64,000 nucleotides of DNA from a virus (Duplodnaviria; Caudoviricetes): positions 1 through 64,000 of the IMG/VR virus record IMGVR_UViG_3300025638_000003. The stretch is one strand, 5' to 3'. Both the position numbers and the translations under genes were made by a program. A model generated the notes under the pieces. That model saw only the letters and a program-made list of their open reading frames with translations, did no database searches and had not been told where the DNA came from. Positions 1-8,254 of this stretch are shown in pieces. How positions within the stretch are numbered: position 1 is the stretch's first letter; each line of letters begins with the position of its first letter.

Positions 1-189
1 TGCCCGTTAATATAATAATGATTTTGGAATGATTCCAAAATATATATATTGACTTTCCAGTTCAATAAGAACTGGGGAACGGCGGGAACCGCCGTCTAAG
101 CCAACTGCCTTGACGTAAGACAAATTCTTAGCGGAATTTGCAGTTGATTGGGTTGGAAATCCATTCGCTTTAGCGGATGGGTAGTTCAT
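1..189 (+). mobile_element. Non-autonomous IS200/IS605-family element (MITE/PATE), copy 1, left end outside window
   Basis: Matches 16450-16638 with 2 mismatches; ends in subterminal hairpin CCATTCGCTTTAGCGGATGG followed by GTAGTTCAT, typical of IS605/tnpB right ends. Confidence 0.75.
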
Positions 190-238
190 AACTTTTGGGT
201 ATAACGCCCAATTTTAAAACCTAACAAAAGGAAAATAA

Positions 239-838
239 ATGAAGAAATTCACTAAAATGATGATTGGAGTGTCTGCGGCAGTATTGGTTGCTATGACGAC
301 TTTGGCTGCTGACACCACCGTTAAGGCCGCAGGTAATCCTGTAGCTGTCGAAACTGCAAAGGTAAAATCTGATTCTCTATTTAATGAAGGAGAATGGGGA
401 TTGACTCTTTCAACTGGATACGATCTAGGAGAATCCAAAGCTGTTAATGGAAAACATCTATTTGGACATCCCTATACGTATAATCTCACCGTTGGAGCAT
501 TCTACTTCCCGTGGAAGTATGTCGGCGCTGAGGTCAACGTTCCATTTTATCAAACCAAGGGTGTATGTGTGGACGAAGTACAAGCCGGAATTTTGTTGAG
601 AGTGCCTTTGGCCAAAGAAGCCCCGGTGTTTAGAAATATAGCTCCATATGTTGGAATAGGTGGGGTATATAATTGGCAAGACAATAAAGATTGGGCGTAT
701 ATTGGGAAAGCAGGAATTGAAGCCCGCTATAATAAGAAATGGGGAATTTACGCCGAGTGCCAATATCGTAATTATGAGTTGAAGAATTGGGATCAAGGTG
801 CAGTTTCGCTTCAAGGCGGTCTGCGACTGGTATTCTAA
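239..838 (+). CDS. Outer-membrane beta-barrel protein (8-stranded OMP-like) with signal peptide
   Basis: N-terminal signal peptide, amphipathic aromatic strands (APYVGIGGVY, GIEARYNKKWGIYAE), C-terminal GGLRLVF BAM-type signal ending in Phe. Confidence 0.75.
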   Translation: MKKFTKMMIGVSAAVLVAMTTLAADTTVKAAGNPVAVETAKVKSDSLFNEGEWGLTLSTGYDLGESKAVNGKHLFGHPYTYNLTVGAFYFPWKYVGAEVNVPFYQTKGVCVDEVQAGILLRVPLAKEAPVFRNIAPYVGIGGVYNWQDNKDWAYIGKAGIEARYNKKWGIYAECQYRNYELKNWDQGAVSLQGGLRLVF

Positions 839-887
839 TTTTGCGGAGAAATACCGTAAATGGTGGAGGGTAATCTAACGCCCCCAG

Positions 888-926
888 ACGGGTGGAAGCC
901 GGAACAAAGTTTCCACCCGTTCTTAT
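888..926 (+). terminator. Stem-loop, probable intrinsic terminator
   Basis: ACGGGTGGAA...TTCCACCCGT followed by TCTTATT. Confidence 0.45.
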
Positions 927-948
927 TAATAAATCTATAATAAGTGTT

Positions 949-1515
949 ATGAAAAAATTAAGTGTTATTTTATTTTCGTTGGCAGTATTAAATTGTATTG
1001 CTCAAAACAATTCTGAAAAAGTCAAATTAGAATGGGCCATGCCCAATGATAATACGGTTACAGGATACGTATTATATTATAAGAATATTACTAATGTTAA
1101 TTATCTTTCTACAAATATTGCAGGCAAATTTACTACTAATGCGGTCCTTTATATTGCGCCTACCGAATTATTTGAAGCGTATGTTACGGCAAAAAATTCC
1201 GAAGGATTAGAAAGTGACCCTTCCAATAAAATCCGGATGCAAAATATTTGGGTTAATGGTGCAGAAATGAGTACTCCTATTGTGCTGAAGGATAAGGGAA
1301 GTACAAATTTTCCTGGATTTTTATTTACGGGAGGAATAACCAATGGTAATATAACTGGTGTGCCTCCAAATTTAAATTACATGGCTACAAATACAATTGG
1401 AAAGGATACTATTATTTATCGGTCGCCCGAAAAATATGCGAATCAATTTATTACGAATTATTATACTTTAATTCGTGCAATGAATTATCCGCCAATTCTT
1501 TCTTTATCTGAATGA
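949..1515 (+). CDS. Secreted fibronectin type III domain protein
   Basis: Signal peptide MKKLSVILFSLAVLNCIA; FN3 motifs VKLEW..., GYVLYY, YVTAKNSEGLESDPSN. Confidence 0.7.
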   Translation: MKKLSVILFSLAVLNCIAQNNSEKVKLEWAMPNDNTVTGYVLYYKNITNVNYLSTNIAGKFTTNAVLYIAPTELFEAYVTAKNSEGLESDPSNKIRMQNIWVNGAEMSTPIVLKDKGSTNFPGFLFTGGITNGNITGVPPNLNYMATNTIGKDTIIYRSPEKYANQFITNYYTLIRAMNYPPILSLSE

Positions 1516-1808
1516 AATCGGAACATATTTTTTGTGAATTATGTAAAATGCACACCCGTACCCGGGGACATCATCTGATTCCCCGGTGTAAGGGTGGAAA
1601 AGATATAGCATATATTTGCGAGACGTGTGAATCTTATATTCATAAAACTTGGTCGCATAATGAACTGCGGGATACTTACAATAATTTAGAAACTATTTTA
1701 CAGAATGCCGGATTTCAAAAATTCTTAAAGTGGAGAGTTAAACAATCTGCAACGACATTATTTAAATCTCGAACTGGAAAATATAGAAATAAAAATAAAT
1801 ATTCATAA
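1512..1808 (+). CDS. HNH endonuclease family protein
   Basis: CELC...HHLIPRCKGG...ICETC zinc/HNH signature. Confidence 0.7.
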   Translation: MKSEHIFCELCKMHTRTRGHHLIPRCKGGKDIAYICETCESYIHKTWSHNELRDTYNNLETILQNAGFQKFLKWRVKQSATTLFKSRTGKYRNKNKYS

Positions 1809-1810
1809 TT

Positions 1811-2173
1811 ATGAGAGTTATTCGAGTTATTGATAGAGAAATTAATAAGTGTTATCACCAGTGTCCATATTTTGGTGGAGATGTAGAAGTAATGATATGC
1901 GATCATCCTGACGCTGAGGATAAAGGATATATCATAACATATCCAGATTGTATGAATGGATTTCCGGCCAAATGTCCCTTAATAGAAATAGAAAATATGA
2001 AAACAAAGAAAAATGCTCAAGTAAGATTAAAATTTGAAAGTTTATGGCGAGATCATTTTCGTCATTTGCCACCTTTAGATTCTATGAATATTCTTAAAAT
2101 TGAAAAACTTAAAGAATTTACATGGGAAATATATAAACAGGGATATAATTTTGGTTTGGATAAAGACTCTTAA
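1811..2173 (+). CDS. Hypothetical protein (Cys-rich N-terminus)
   Basis: ORF in gene run; CYHQCPY...CPL motif. Confidence 0.55.
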   Translation: MRVIRVIDREINKCYHQCPYFGGDVEVMICDHPDAEDKGYIITYPDCMNGFPAKCPLIEIENMKTKKNAQVRLKFESLWRDHFRHLPPLDSMNILKIEKLKEFTWEIYKQGYNFGLDKDS

Positions 2174-2196
2174 ATAACTGATGATGATTTTTGGAC

Positions 2197-2224
2197 TTGA
2201 CAATTTATCCTGACGTGATATAAT
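2197..2224 (+). promoter_or_regulatory. Sigma70-type promoter upstream of first tRNA cluster
   Basis: TTGACA-16nt-TATAAT with extended -10 TG. Confidence 0.75.
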
Positions 2225-2279
2225 GTCTTCCATAAAATTTGAGATGTTTTCTTAAATTCGTTCTATTTATAGATTGAAG

Positions 2280-2353
2280 GGCTGTTTAGTATAATAGTAG
2301 TACGTTGGTTTCATAAGCCGAAAGCACTGGGGCGGAACCAGTAACAGCTACCA
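2280..2353 (+). tRNA. tRNA-Met/Ile2 (CAT), non-canonical T-loop GGCGGAA
   Basis: GGCTGTT/AACAGCT acceptor, TTCATAA loop, ACTGG/CCAGT T-stem, CCA end. Confidence 0.8.
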
Positions 2354-2358
2354 ATTTT

Positions 2359-2432
2359 GCGGGTGTGGTGTAATGGTAGCCCACCACCTTGCCAAGGTGA
2401 AAGTGAGGGTTCGATTCCCTTCACCCGCTCCA
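2359..2432 (+). tRNA. tRNA-Gly (GCC)
   Basis: GCGGGTG/CACCCGC acceptor, TTGCCAA loop, TTCGATT, TCCA. Confidence 0.95.
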
Positions 2433-2444
2433 TTTAATAGGTAA

Positions 2445-2519
2445 GCACATGTAGCCTAGAGGTCAGGCAGAACCCTTCCAAGGTTCCTTACGCTGGTTCG
2501 AATCCAGTCATGTGCTCCA
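2445..2519 (+). tRNA. tRNA-Gly (TCC)
   Basis: GCACATG/CATGTGC acceptor, CTTCCAA loop, TCCA. Confidence 0.95.
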
Positions 2520-2520
2520 A

Positions 2521-2610
2521 ATCAAACAAAAGATTCCACTTCAAAATATAGAATATGCCGAAGAAAAATATGGAAAGGGATTAGAAAAATTATACGAAAA
2601 AAAGTCTTGA
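2521..2610 (+). pseudogene. C-terminal remnant of a gene, possibly a homing endonuclease
   Basis: Start-less reading frame IKQKIPLQNIEYAEEKYGKGLEKLYEKKS* directly after a tRNA CCA. Confidence 0.35.
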
Positions 2611-2738
2611 CCTTTTATGTGTGAAATGATAGAATGTTAGCAAGAATGAAATATTGGCATAATATGATAACAGTATAATAATTTTTAAAAATAGTTTTAT
2701 CTGTTATTTTTATAAATTCGCATATATTTATTTTTGAT

Positions 2739-2812
2739 GCCGGATTGATGTAATGGCAGCCTGCTACTTTGGTACAGTAGAAGTTCGAGTTCGATTCTCG
2801 GATCCGGCTCCA
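2739..2812 (+). tRNA. tRNA-Thr (GGT)
   Basis: GCCGGAT/ATCCGGC acceptor, CTACT-TTGGTAC-AGTAG anticodon arm. Confidence 0.9.
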
Positions 2813-2813
2813 T

Positions 2814-2905
2814 CGCACTGTAATGTAAAGAGCATCGTCGGTCTTATAAGCCGAAGCGCACCAGATAAGTGCCGAGTCTCGGGGCAGTACCGGGCAGTGC
2901 GACCA
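2814..2905 (+). tRNA. Atypical tRNA with TAT anticodon (Ile) and long variable arm
   Basis: CGCACTG/CAGTGCG acceptor + ACCA; TCGGT-CTTATAA-GCCGA; GCAC/GTGC V-arm; T-loop GGCAGTA. Confidence 0.8.
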
Positions 2906-2910
2906 ATTTT

Positions 2911-3204
2911 ATGAGAAAAATATTAGTTATATCTGTATTGCTATTGACCATTATTGGTTGTAAACCTTCGGGTTGTAAACCAAAAGAGGTATATACAGAA
3001 AATAAATCTGATATAATTGTAACAAATGTTTTGGGACATAAATTTAGATTTATTTCACCAGAAATACCAAATGCAGATGGTACAGCAAGAGCAGAATTAT
3101 GGGAACGAATTGATCCGTTGGATACAAATCGTTGGTACACTCGGTCATTAAGTTCGCAAATTAGAACAAATGATGTTCCCATTTTTCATTCATTTCCGAG
3201 ATGA
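2911..3204 (+). CDS. Putative lipoprotein
   Basis: MRKILVISVLLLTIIGC lipobox; start moved to the ATG downstream of the tRNA. Confidence 0.65.
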   Translation: MRKILVISVLLLTIIGCKPSGCKPKEVYTENKSDIIVTNVLGHKFRFISPEIPNADGTARAELWERIDPLDTNRWYTRSLSSQIRTNDVPIFHSFPR

Positions 3205-3213
3205 ATGAATAAT

Positions 3214-3298
3214 GCCACTGTGGATAAGGGAAATTGGAACAACCGACTGACTCAAGATCAGTTATCCTTTGCACGTTCGAATCGGGTCAGTGGCACCA
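3214..3298 (+). tRNA. tRNA-Leu (CAA), aberrant enlarged D region
   Basis: GCCACTG/CAGTGGC acceptor, ACTGA-CTCAAGA-TCAGT, TTCGAAT, ACCA. Confidence 0.75.
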
Positions 3299-3304
3299 AT
3301 TTAT

Positions 3305-3380
3305 TGCAGGATAGAGTTCTGGTGAACTCAGATGTTTCATAAGCATCTCTAGCTTGGTTCGATTCCAAGTCCTGCAACCA
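3305..3380 (+). tRNA. tRNA-Met (CAT), possibly initiator-type
   Basis: TGCAGGA/TCCTGCA acceptor, TTCATAA loop, ACCA. Confidence 0.9.
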
Positions 3381-3384
3381 ATTT

Positions 3385-3459
3385 GCCGGTGAAGCATAAA
3401 TGGTGATGCGCAGGTCTTGTAAACCTGAGAATCCGGTTCGATTCCGGGCACCGGCTCCA
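3385..3459 (+). tRNA. tRNA-Thr (TGT)
   Basis: GCCGGTG/CACCGGC, CTTGTAA loop. Confidence 0.95.
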
Positions 3460-3474
3460 TAATTAACGAAAATT

Positions 3475-3548
3475 GCCACATTCGTATAACGGAATTATGC
3501 ATCTTTCGTAAAGATGAGACGGGGGTTCGACTCCCTCATGTGGCTCCA
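3475..3548 (+). tRNA. tRNA-Thr (CGT)
   Basis: GCCACAT/ATGTGGC, CATCT-TTCGTAA-AGATG. Confidence 0.95.
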
Positions 3549-3552
3549 ATTT

Positions 3553-3619
3553 TACTCGTTAGCTTAATGGCAAAGCATCGGAATTTTCCGAGATATTGGC
3601 TCTAATCCAATACGAGTAA
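3553..3619 (+). ncRNA. tRNA-like RNA lacking an anticodon loop and CCA
   Basis: TACTCGT/ACGAGTA acceptor, normal D-arm (TAGCTTAATGGCAAAGCA), TCGGA-ATTT-TCCGA, T-arm ATTGG-CTCTAAT-CCAAT. Confidence 0.65.
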
Positions 3620-3622
3620 ATT

Positions 3623-3698
3623 GTCCCGGTGGCCGACTGGGGAAGGCGGCTCTCTGCAAAAGAGCATTAGGTGGGTTCGATTCCCACCCGGGACTCCA
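3623..3698 (+). tRNA. tRNA-Cys (GCA)
   Basis: GTCCCGG/CCGGGAC, CTGCAAA loop, TCCA. Confidence 0.95.
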
Positions 3699-3759
3699 TT
3701 ATTCTTCTAAATATTTTTTCTATTTTTTTAATATTTCAATATTATACTTATTAGTATAT

Positions 3760-5040
3760 ATGAATAATGACATAGCAGTTATATCGACATTTTTCAATCC
3801 TCTAAAATATAAAAATCGTTATGAAAATTACTTAAAATTTCAGGATTTTATATATGAATGTGGATTAAAAGATCATTTTTATGTATCGGAAGTATTATAT
3901 AAAAATGATGAACCATTTATCAATCATAAAAATATATTAAGATTTAAAACTGAAGATATTTTATGGCATAAAGAACGAGCGTTAAATTTAACTGTAAAAA
4001 CTCTTCCAAAACAATATACTAAAGTTGTCTGGGTTGACACTGATATAATTTGGTCCAATATAAATTGGTGGAAAGAAGTTAGTAAATTATTAGAAGAATA
4101 TAATATAATTCAACCATTTGCTTATTGTAAATTTTTAAATTCCCATTTTAATTTGGATCACACTCAAATGTCCATATTTCATAGATTATTCCGAATAAAT
4201 AATGGATTGCCAACGTTTCATGCTATTCATTATGGTGGAACAATGGCTTATAATAGAAAATATTTTGAATGCGTTGAACTTTATGATAAAGATATAATTG
4301 GAGGAGGGGATTTTATATCAAATATATCGATATTAAAAATGCCTATAGATGAAAATGTTCAAGCGTTTGATCCTGAATTAGATTCATATATTGAAAAATC
4401 GGGTAAATATTTAGAAAACAAATATCATTATTTAGATGATTCAGTTTATCATCTTTATCATGGTCAGCTTCATGATCGTCAATATATAAAGAGATATTCT
4501 ATTCTTAAAAATTATATTTTTAATGATATGTGTGAAAAGGATGATAATGGGTTATATAAGTTTAAGTCAACTGTTTCACAAAAAATAAAATCACAATTTT
4601 TAGATTATTTTAAAACTAAAAATGAGGATTTAATACAATTTATTGTTTCTTTAAGTAAGTCATATAATATTGAAAGAAGTTCAAATGGAAATTTCAAATG
4701 GATTTCGGCTGAAAATATATATGAATTATATAATTTAAAAAGTATTAAATTAAAAGTTAGTCGAATGGGGAATTCTAATACCTCTCCATATTTAAATGTT
4801 ATATGTAATGGAAACTTTAAACATTATTCGCTAGATTTAAATAAAGATACTGAAATCATTATTCCTGTTTCTGATAAAAAAGAAGTATCTAAACTTATTC
4901 TTTTAGGAAAAGGATTTGTACCTGCCGAAATAGATTTAAACAGTCGGGATTTTCGCCAATTATCTTATGCAATTAAAAAAGTAGAAATTTTACAACAAAA
5001 TAAAACAGAATATGAAAATTATTTATTAGAAAATTTTTAA
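3760..5040 (+). CDS. GT-A fold glycosyltransferase, paralog 1
   Basis: WHKERALN, WVDTD (DxD), GGGD, HLYHG motifs; C-terminal beta-rich domain. Confidence 0.7.
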   Translation: MNNDIAVISTFFNPLKYKNRYENYLKFQDFIYECGLKDHFYVSEVLYKNDEPFINHKNILRFKTEDILWHKERALNLTVKTLPKQYTKVVWVDTDIIWSNINWWKEVSKLLEEYNIIQPFAYCKFLNSHFNLDHTQMSIFHRLFRINNGLPTFHAIHYGGTMAYNRKYFECVELYDKDIIGGGDFISNISILKMPIDENVQAFDPELDSYIEKSGKYLENKYHYLDDSVYHLYHGQLHDRQYIKRYSILKNYIFNDMCEKDDNGLYKFKSTVSQKIKSQFLDYFKTKNEDLIQFIVSLSKSYNIERSSNGNFKWISAENIYELYNLKSIKLKVSRMGNSNTSPYLNVICNGNFKHYSLDLNKDTEIIIPVSDKKEVSKLILLGKGFVPAEIDLNSRDFRQLSYAIKKVEILQQNKTEYENYLLENF

Positions 5041-5044
5041 TATT

Positions 5045-6316
5045 ATGAATAATGACATAGCAGTTATATCGACATTTTTCAATCCTTTAAAATATAAAAA
5101 TCGTTATGAAAATTACTTAAAATTTCAGAATTTTATATATGACTGCGGATTAAAAGATCATTTTTATGTATCGGAATTATTGTATAATAATGAAGAACCG
5201 TTTATTAATCATGAAAATGTAATCAGATTTAAAATGGAAGATATATTTTGGCATAAAGAACGAGCTTTAAATTTAACTGCAAAAATACTTCCAAAACAAT
5301 ATTCCAAAGTTATCTGGGTTGATGCCGATATGATTTGGTTCAATAAGAATTGGTGGAAAGAAGTAAGTAAATTATTGGATGAATATAATGTAGTTCAACC
5401 ATATTCAAGCTGTCAATATTTACGATCTAATTTTAGTACTGAAAGAAAAACTAATTCGGTATTATTTTATATATGTCAAAATAATTTTAATGAAAAGGGA
5501 TTGGTAGGTGGAGCGATGGCCTATAAACGGGAATTTTTTGACACGATTGGATTATATGATCGGGCAATAATGGGTGGCGGAGATATAGTATCTATTATGC
5601 CCATATTAAAAACTACTATTCCAACAAAATATGCATATTTTGATTTAAAATTGAATGAATATTTAGAAAAAGCAACTCAGTATATAAATAACCGATATTA
5701 TTACTTAGATGAATTAATTTGTCATTTATATCATGGACGAATATTTGATCGGGGGTATAAAGATCGATATAAAATGAATGAAAATTTAACATTTGATGAT
5801 TTATGTGAAGTTGGAGAAAGCGGATTGTATAAATTTAAATCAAATGTTACAAAGATTGTAAAATTTAATTATATTAAATATTTTGAAGATAGGAATGAAG
5901 ATTGGGAGCAACTAATTTATCCATTAAATAAAAGATATATGATTGAAAAAAATATAGATGGATCATTATATAAATGGTATGCCCCAACAAGTGTATTTGA
6001 ATTGAAGAATATAAAAAGTATTAAACTACAAATTGATAGACGAGGAAATCCATATACTTCTCCATATTTAAATGTCATAGTTAATGAAAAATTTAAGCAA
6101 TTTGCATTAAATTTAGAAAATATTACCGAAATCATTATTCCTATATCTGAAGTGGAGCAAACATCTAAACTTGTTTTATTAGGAAGAGAATTTATACCTT
6201 CACGTACCTCTTTAAATAGTAATGATAATCGTTATTTATCTTATATAATTAATAAATGTTGGATATTGCCAAATGGAAAAATAAATTATGAAGAATACCC
6301 AATAGAAAATTTTTAA
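5045..6316 (+). CDS. GT-A fold glycosyltransferase, paralog 2
   Basis: Tandem paralog; WVDAD, GGGD, HLYHG. Confidence 0.7.
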   Translation: MNNDIAVISTFFNPLKYKNRYENYLKFQNFIYDCGLKDHFYVSELLYNNEEPFINHENVIRFKMEDIFWHKERALNLTAKILPKQYSKVIWVDADMIWFNKNWWKEVSKLLDEYNVVQPYSSCQYLRSNFSTERKTNSVLFYICQNNFNEKGLVGGAMAYKREFFDTIGLYDRAIMGGGDIVSIMPILKTTIPTKYAYFDLKLNEYLEKATQYINNRYYYLDELICHLYHGRIFDRGYKDRYKMNENLTFDDLCEVGESGLYKFKSNVTKIVKFNYIKYFEDRNEDWEQLIYPLNKRYMIEKNIDGSLYKWYAPTSVFELKNIKSIKLQIDRRGNPYTSPYLNVIVNEKFKQFALNLENITEIIIPISEVEQTSKLVLLGREFIPSRTSLNSNDNRYLSYIINKCWILPNGKINYEEYPIENF

Positions 6317-6318
6317 AT

Positions 6319-7602
6319 ATGAATAATGACATAGCAGTTATATCAACATTTTTTAATCCTCTAAAATATAAAAATCGATATGAAACTTATTTAAGATTTC
6401 AAGACTTTATATATGACTGCGGATTAAAAGATCATTTCTATATTTCTGAATTGTTATATGATGAAGAAGAGCCATTTATTAAACATGAAAATGTAATTAG
6501 ATTTAAAGTTAAAGATATATTTTGGCATAAAGAACGGGCTTTAAATTTAACTGCAAAAATACTTCCAAAACAATATTCTAAAATTATCTGGGTTGATGCA
6601 GACGTAATTTGGTTCAGTAAGAATTGGTGGAAAAAAGTAAGTAAATTGTTGGATGAATATAATATAATTCAACCATATTCTCATTGTCAAAATTTAAATA
6701 AAAATTTTAGTTTAGATAGAAAATATAAATCACAAATTTATAGTGTAATATTTTATAATAAAAATACATCAAAACAAATGGAATATGGTGCCCCGGGTGG
6801 TTCTATGGCTTATAAGCGGGAGTTTTTTGAAAATATAGGTCTTTATGATAGATGTATAGTTGGCGGGGGAGATTATAAATCAATTTATTCTATATTTGGT
6901 TTGGAATTACCAATGCGAGATAAATCATTTGATTTTAAAATAAATGAATATGCGAATATTATCAAAAAATATATTGGAAATAAATATTATTATTTAGATG
7001 AAATAATGTATCATTTATATCATGGAAGAAAATTTGAACGACAATATTCAAAAAGGTATCAATTAATTAAAAATTTTAATTTTTATGATTTATGTGAAGA
7101 AGATGAAAATGGGTTATATAAATTTAAATCTACAGTTACAAATGAATTGAAATTGAAATTTATTAATTATTTTAAAAATCGCAACGAAGACTGGGAACCA
7201 TTAATAATTCCATTGTATAAACCGTACTTGGTAGAGCACAGTAAAAATAATATATTTAAATGGATGCCTCCCGAATGTGAATATGAATTACATAATATAA
7301 AAAGTATTAAATTACAAATTTGTCGAATGGGAAATGCTCTCACTACTCCATATTTGAATGTTATATCTAATGGAAAGTTTAAACAATATTTATTGAATTT
7401 AGATAAAGATACAGAAATTGTTATTCCTATTTCTGAAAAAAAAGGAATATTCAAACTTATTCTTATAGGAAAGGGATTTATACCAGAAAAAGTTTTTATT
7501 AATAATTCGGATGTAAGAAAATTATCTTATGTAATTAACAATGTTAAAATTTTACAACATGATAAAGAAGAATTTGAAGATTATCCGGTAGATGCAATGT
7601 AA
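6319..7602 (+). CDS. GT-A fold glycosyltransferase, paralog 3
   Basis: Tandem paralog; WVDAD, GGGD, HLYHG. Confidence 0.7.
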   Translation: MNNDIAVISTFFNPLKYKNRYETYLRFQDFIYDCGLKDHFYISELLYDEEEPFIKHENVIRFKVKDIFWHKERALNLTAKILPKQYSKIIWVDADVIWFSKNWWKKVSKLLDEYNIIQPYSHCQNLNKNFSLDRKYKSQIYSVIFYNKNTSKQMEYGAPGGSMAYKREFFENIGLYDRCIVGGGDYKSIYSIFGLELPMRDKSFDFKINEYANIIKKYIGNKYYYLDEIMYHLYHGRKFERQYSKRYQLIKNFNFYDLCEEDENGLYKFKSTVTNELKLKFINYFKNRNEDWEPLIIPLYKPYLVEHSKNNIFKWMPPECEYELHNIKSIKLQICRMGNALTTPYLNVISNGKFKQYLLNLDKDTEIVIPISEKKGIFKLILIGKGFIPEKVFINNSDVRKLSYVINNVKILQHDKEEFEDYPVDAM

Positions 7603-7621
7603 GAGTTGAAATATTAAAATG

Positions 7622-7790
7622 GGAGTTGACATTTGTGAAAAGTCTGATATAATGAGAGGCGAAAATTGAAATGCCAAAGAAAAATTGAAAAAAAAAAATC
7701 GAAAAAGAGTTGACATTGATTAAAAGTCTGGTATAATGGTTGGCGAAAATTGAAATACCAAAGAAAATTGGTAAAAAACAAAAATTGAAC
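7622..7790 (+). promoter_or_regulatory. Tandemly duplicated sigma70 promoters (~84-bp unit)
   Basis: GAGTTGACATT...AAAGTCTG(A/G)TATAATG...GGCGAAAATTGAAAT(G/A)CCAAAGAAAA repeated; -35 at 7626 and 7710. Confidence 0.8.
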
Positions 7791-7807
7791 ACTATTTATC
7801 TGGTAGT

Positions 7808-7912
7808 ATGAGAAATCGATTACAAAAACGGAATAGAGCCGAGGGCGATTGGACGCTCAATAGTAAGAGTGTCTCCATTTATAATCGTCCAGAAGGGAGG
7901 CTCTCGACGTGA
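7808..7912 (+). CDS. Putative 34-aa leader peptide MRNRLQKRNRAEGDWTLNSKSVSIYNRPEGRLST
   Basis: ATG..TGA after promoters, overlaps mutually exclusive hairpins preceding a terminator. Confidence 0.6.
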   Translation: MRNRLQKRNRAEGDWTLNSKSVSIYNRPEGRLST

Positions 7913-7968
7913 TGTAATACGATACATGCCGTCAATGAGAGCCGAACCAAAAAAGGTTCGGTTTTTTT
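7835..7968 (+). promoter_or_regulatory. Transcription attenuator (1:2, 2:3 antiterminator, 3:4 terminator)
   Basis: AGAGCC(7835)/GGCTCT(7899); GGCTCTCGACG/CGTC-AAT-GAGAGCC; AGCCGAACC/GGTTCGGTT + U-tract. Confidence 0.65.
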
Positions 7969-8174
7969 GTTGACAAAAAACTGGATTTGTGGCAAAATGG
8001 ATTTGTGGCAAAATTTGGATGGGTTTTAATGGTGCTGAGTTTTCCCGGAAAAAGCACCCGTAGAAGAGTTCCGTGAGATCGGATATAGCGGAGCGGCAAA
8101 TATAGCTCCAACTCTGGTCAGTGCAGGGATGTGCTGGCTACCAACGAAGGTGAAAAAACTCAATGGGATGTAAT

Positions 8175-8252
8175 GGAAGCGAAGCTCATAAGGATGAGCA
8201 CCCGGCTTTTAACCGGGTGGCAGGTTGGGTTCGAATCCCCCCGCTTCCACCA
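8175..8252 (+). tRNA. tRNA-Lys (TTT)
   Basis: GGAAGCG/CGCTTCC, CCCGG-CTTTTAA-CCGGG, ACCA. Confidence 0.9.
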
Positions 8253-8254
8253 AC

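Noticed and set aside
7-189. Duplicated 60-aa minus-strand ORF (also 16456-16638)
   Set aside because: Antisense of the IS605-like mini-element; conservation is explained by the repeat
3258-3502. ORFs overlapping tRNA clusters (also 2615, 8163, 10170, 10475, 10494, 15370, 15532, 15572, 18097, 18316)
   Set aside because: Spurious frames through GC-rich RNA genes
7622-7790. CRISPR-like repeat
   Set aside because: Only two ~84-bp imperfect units, each a promoter; no spacers or cas genes
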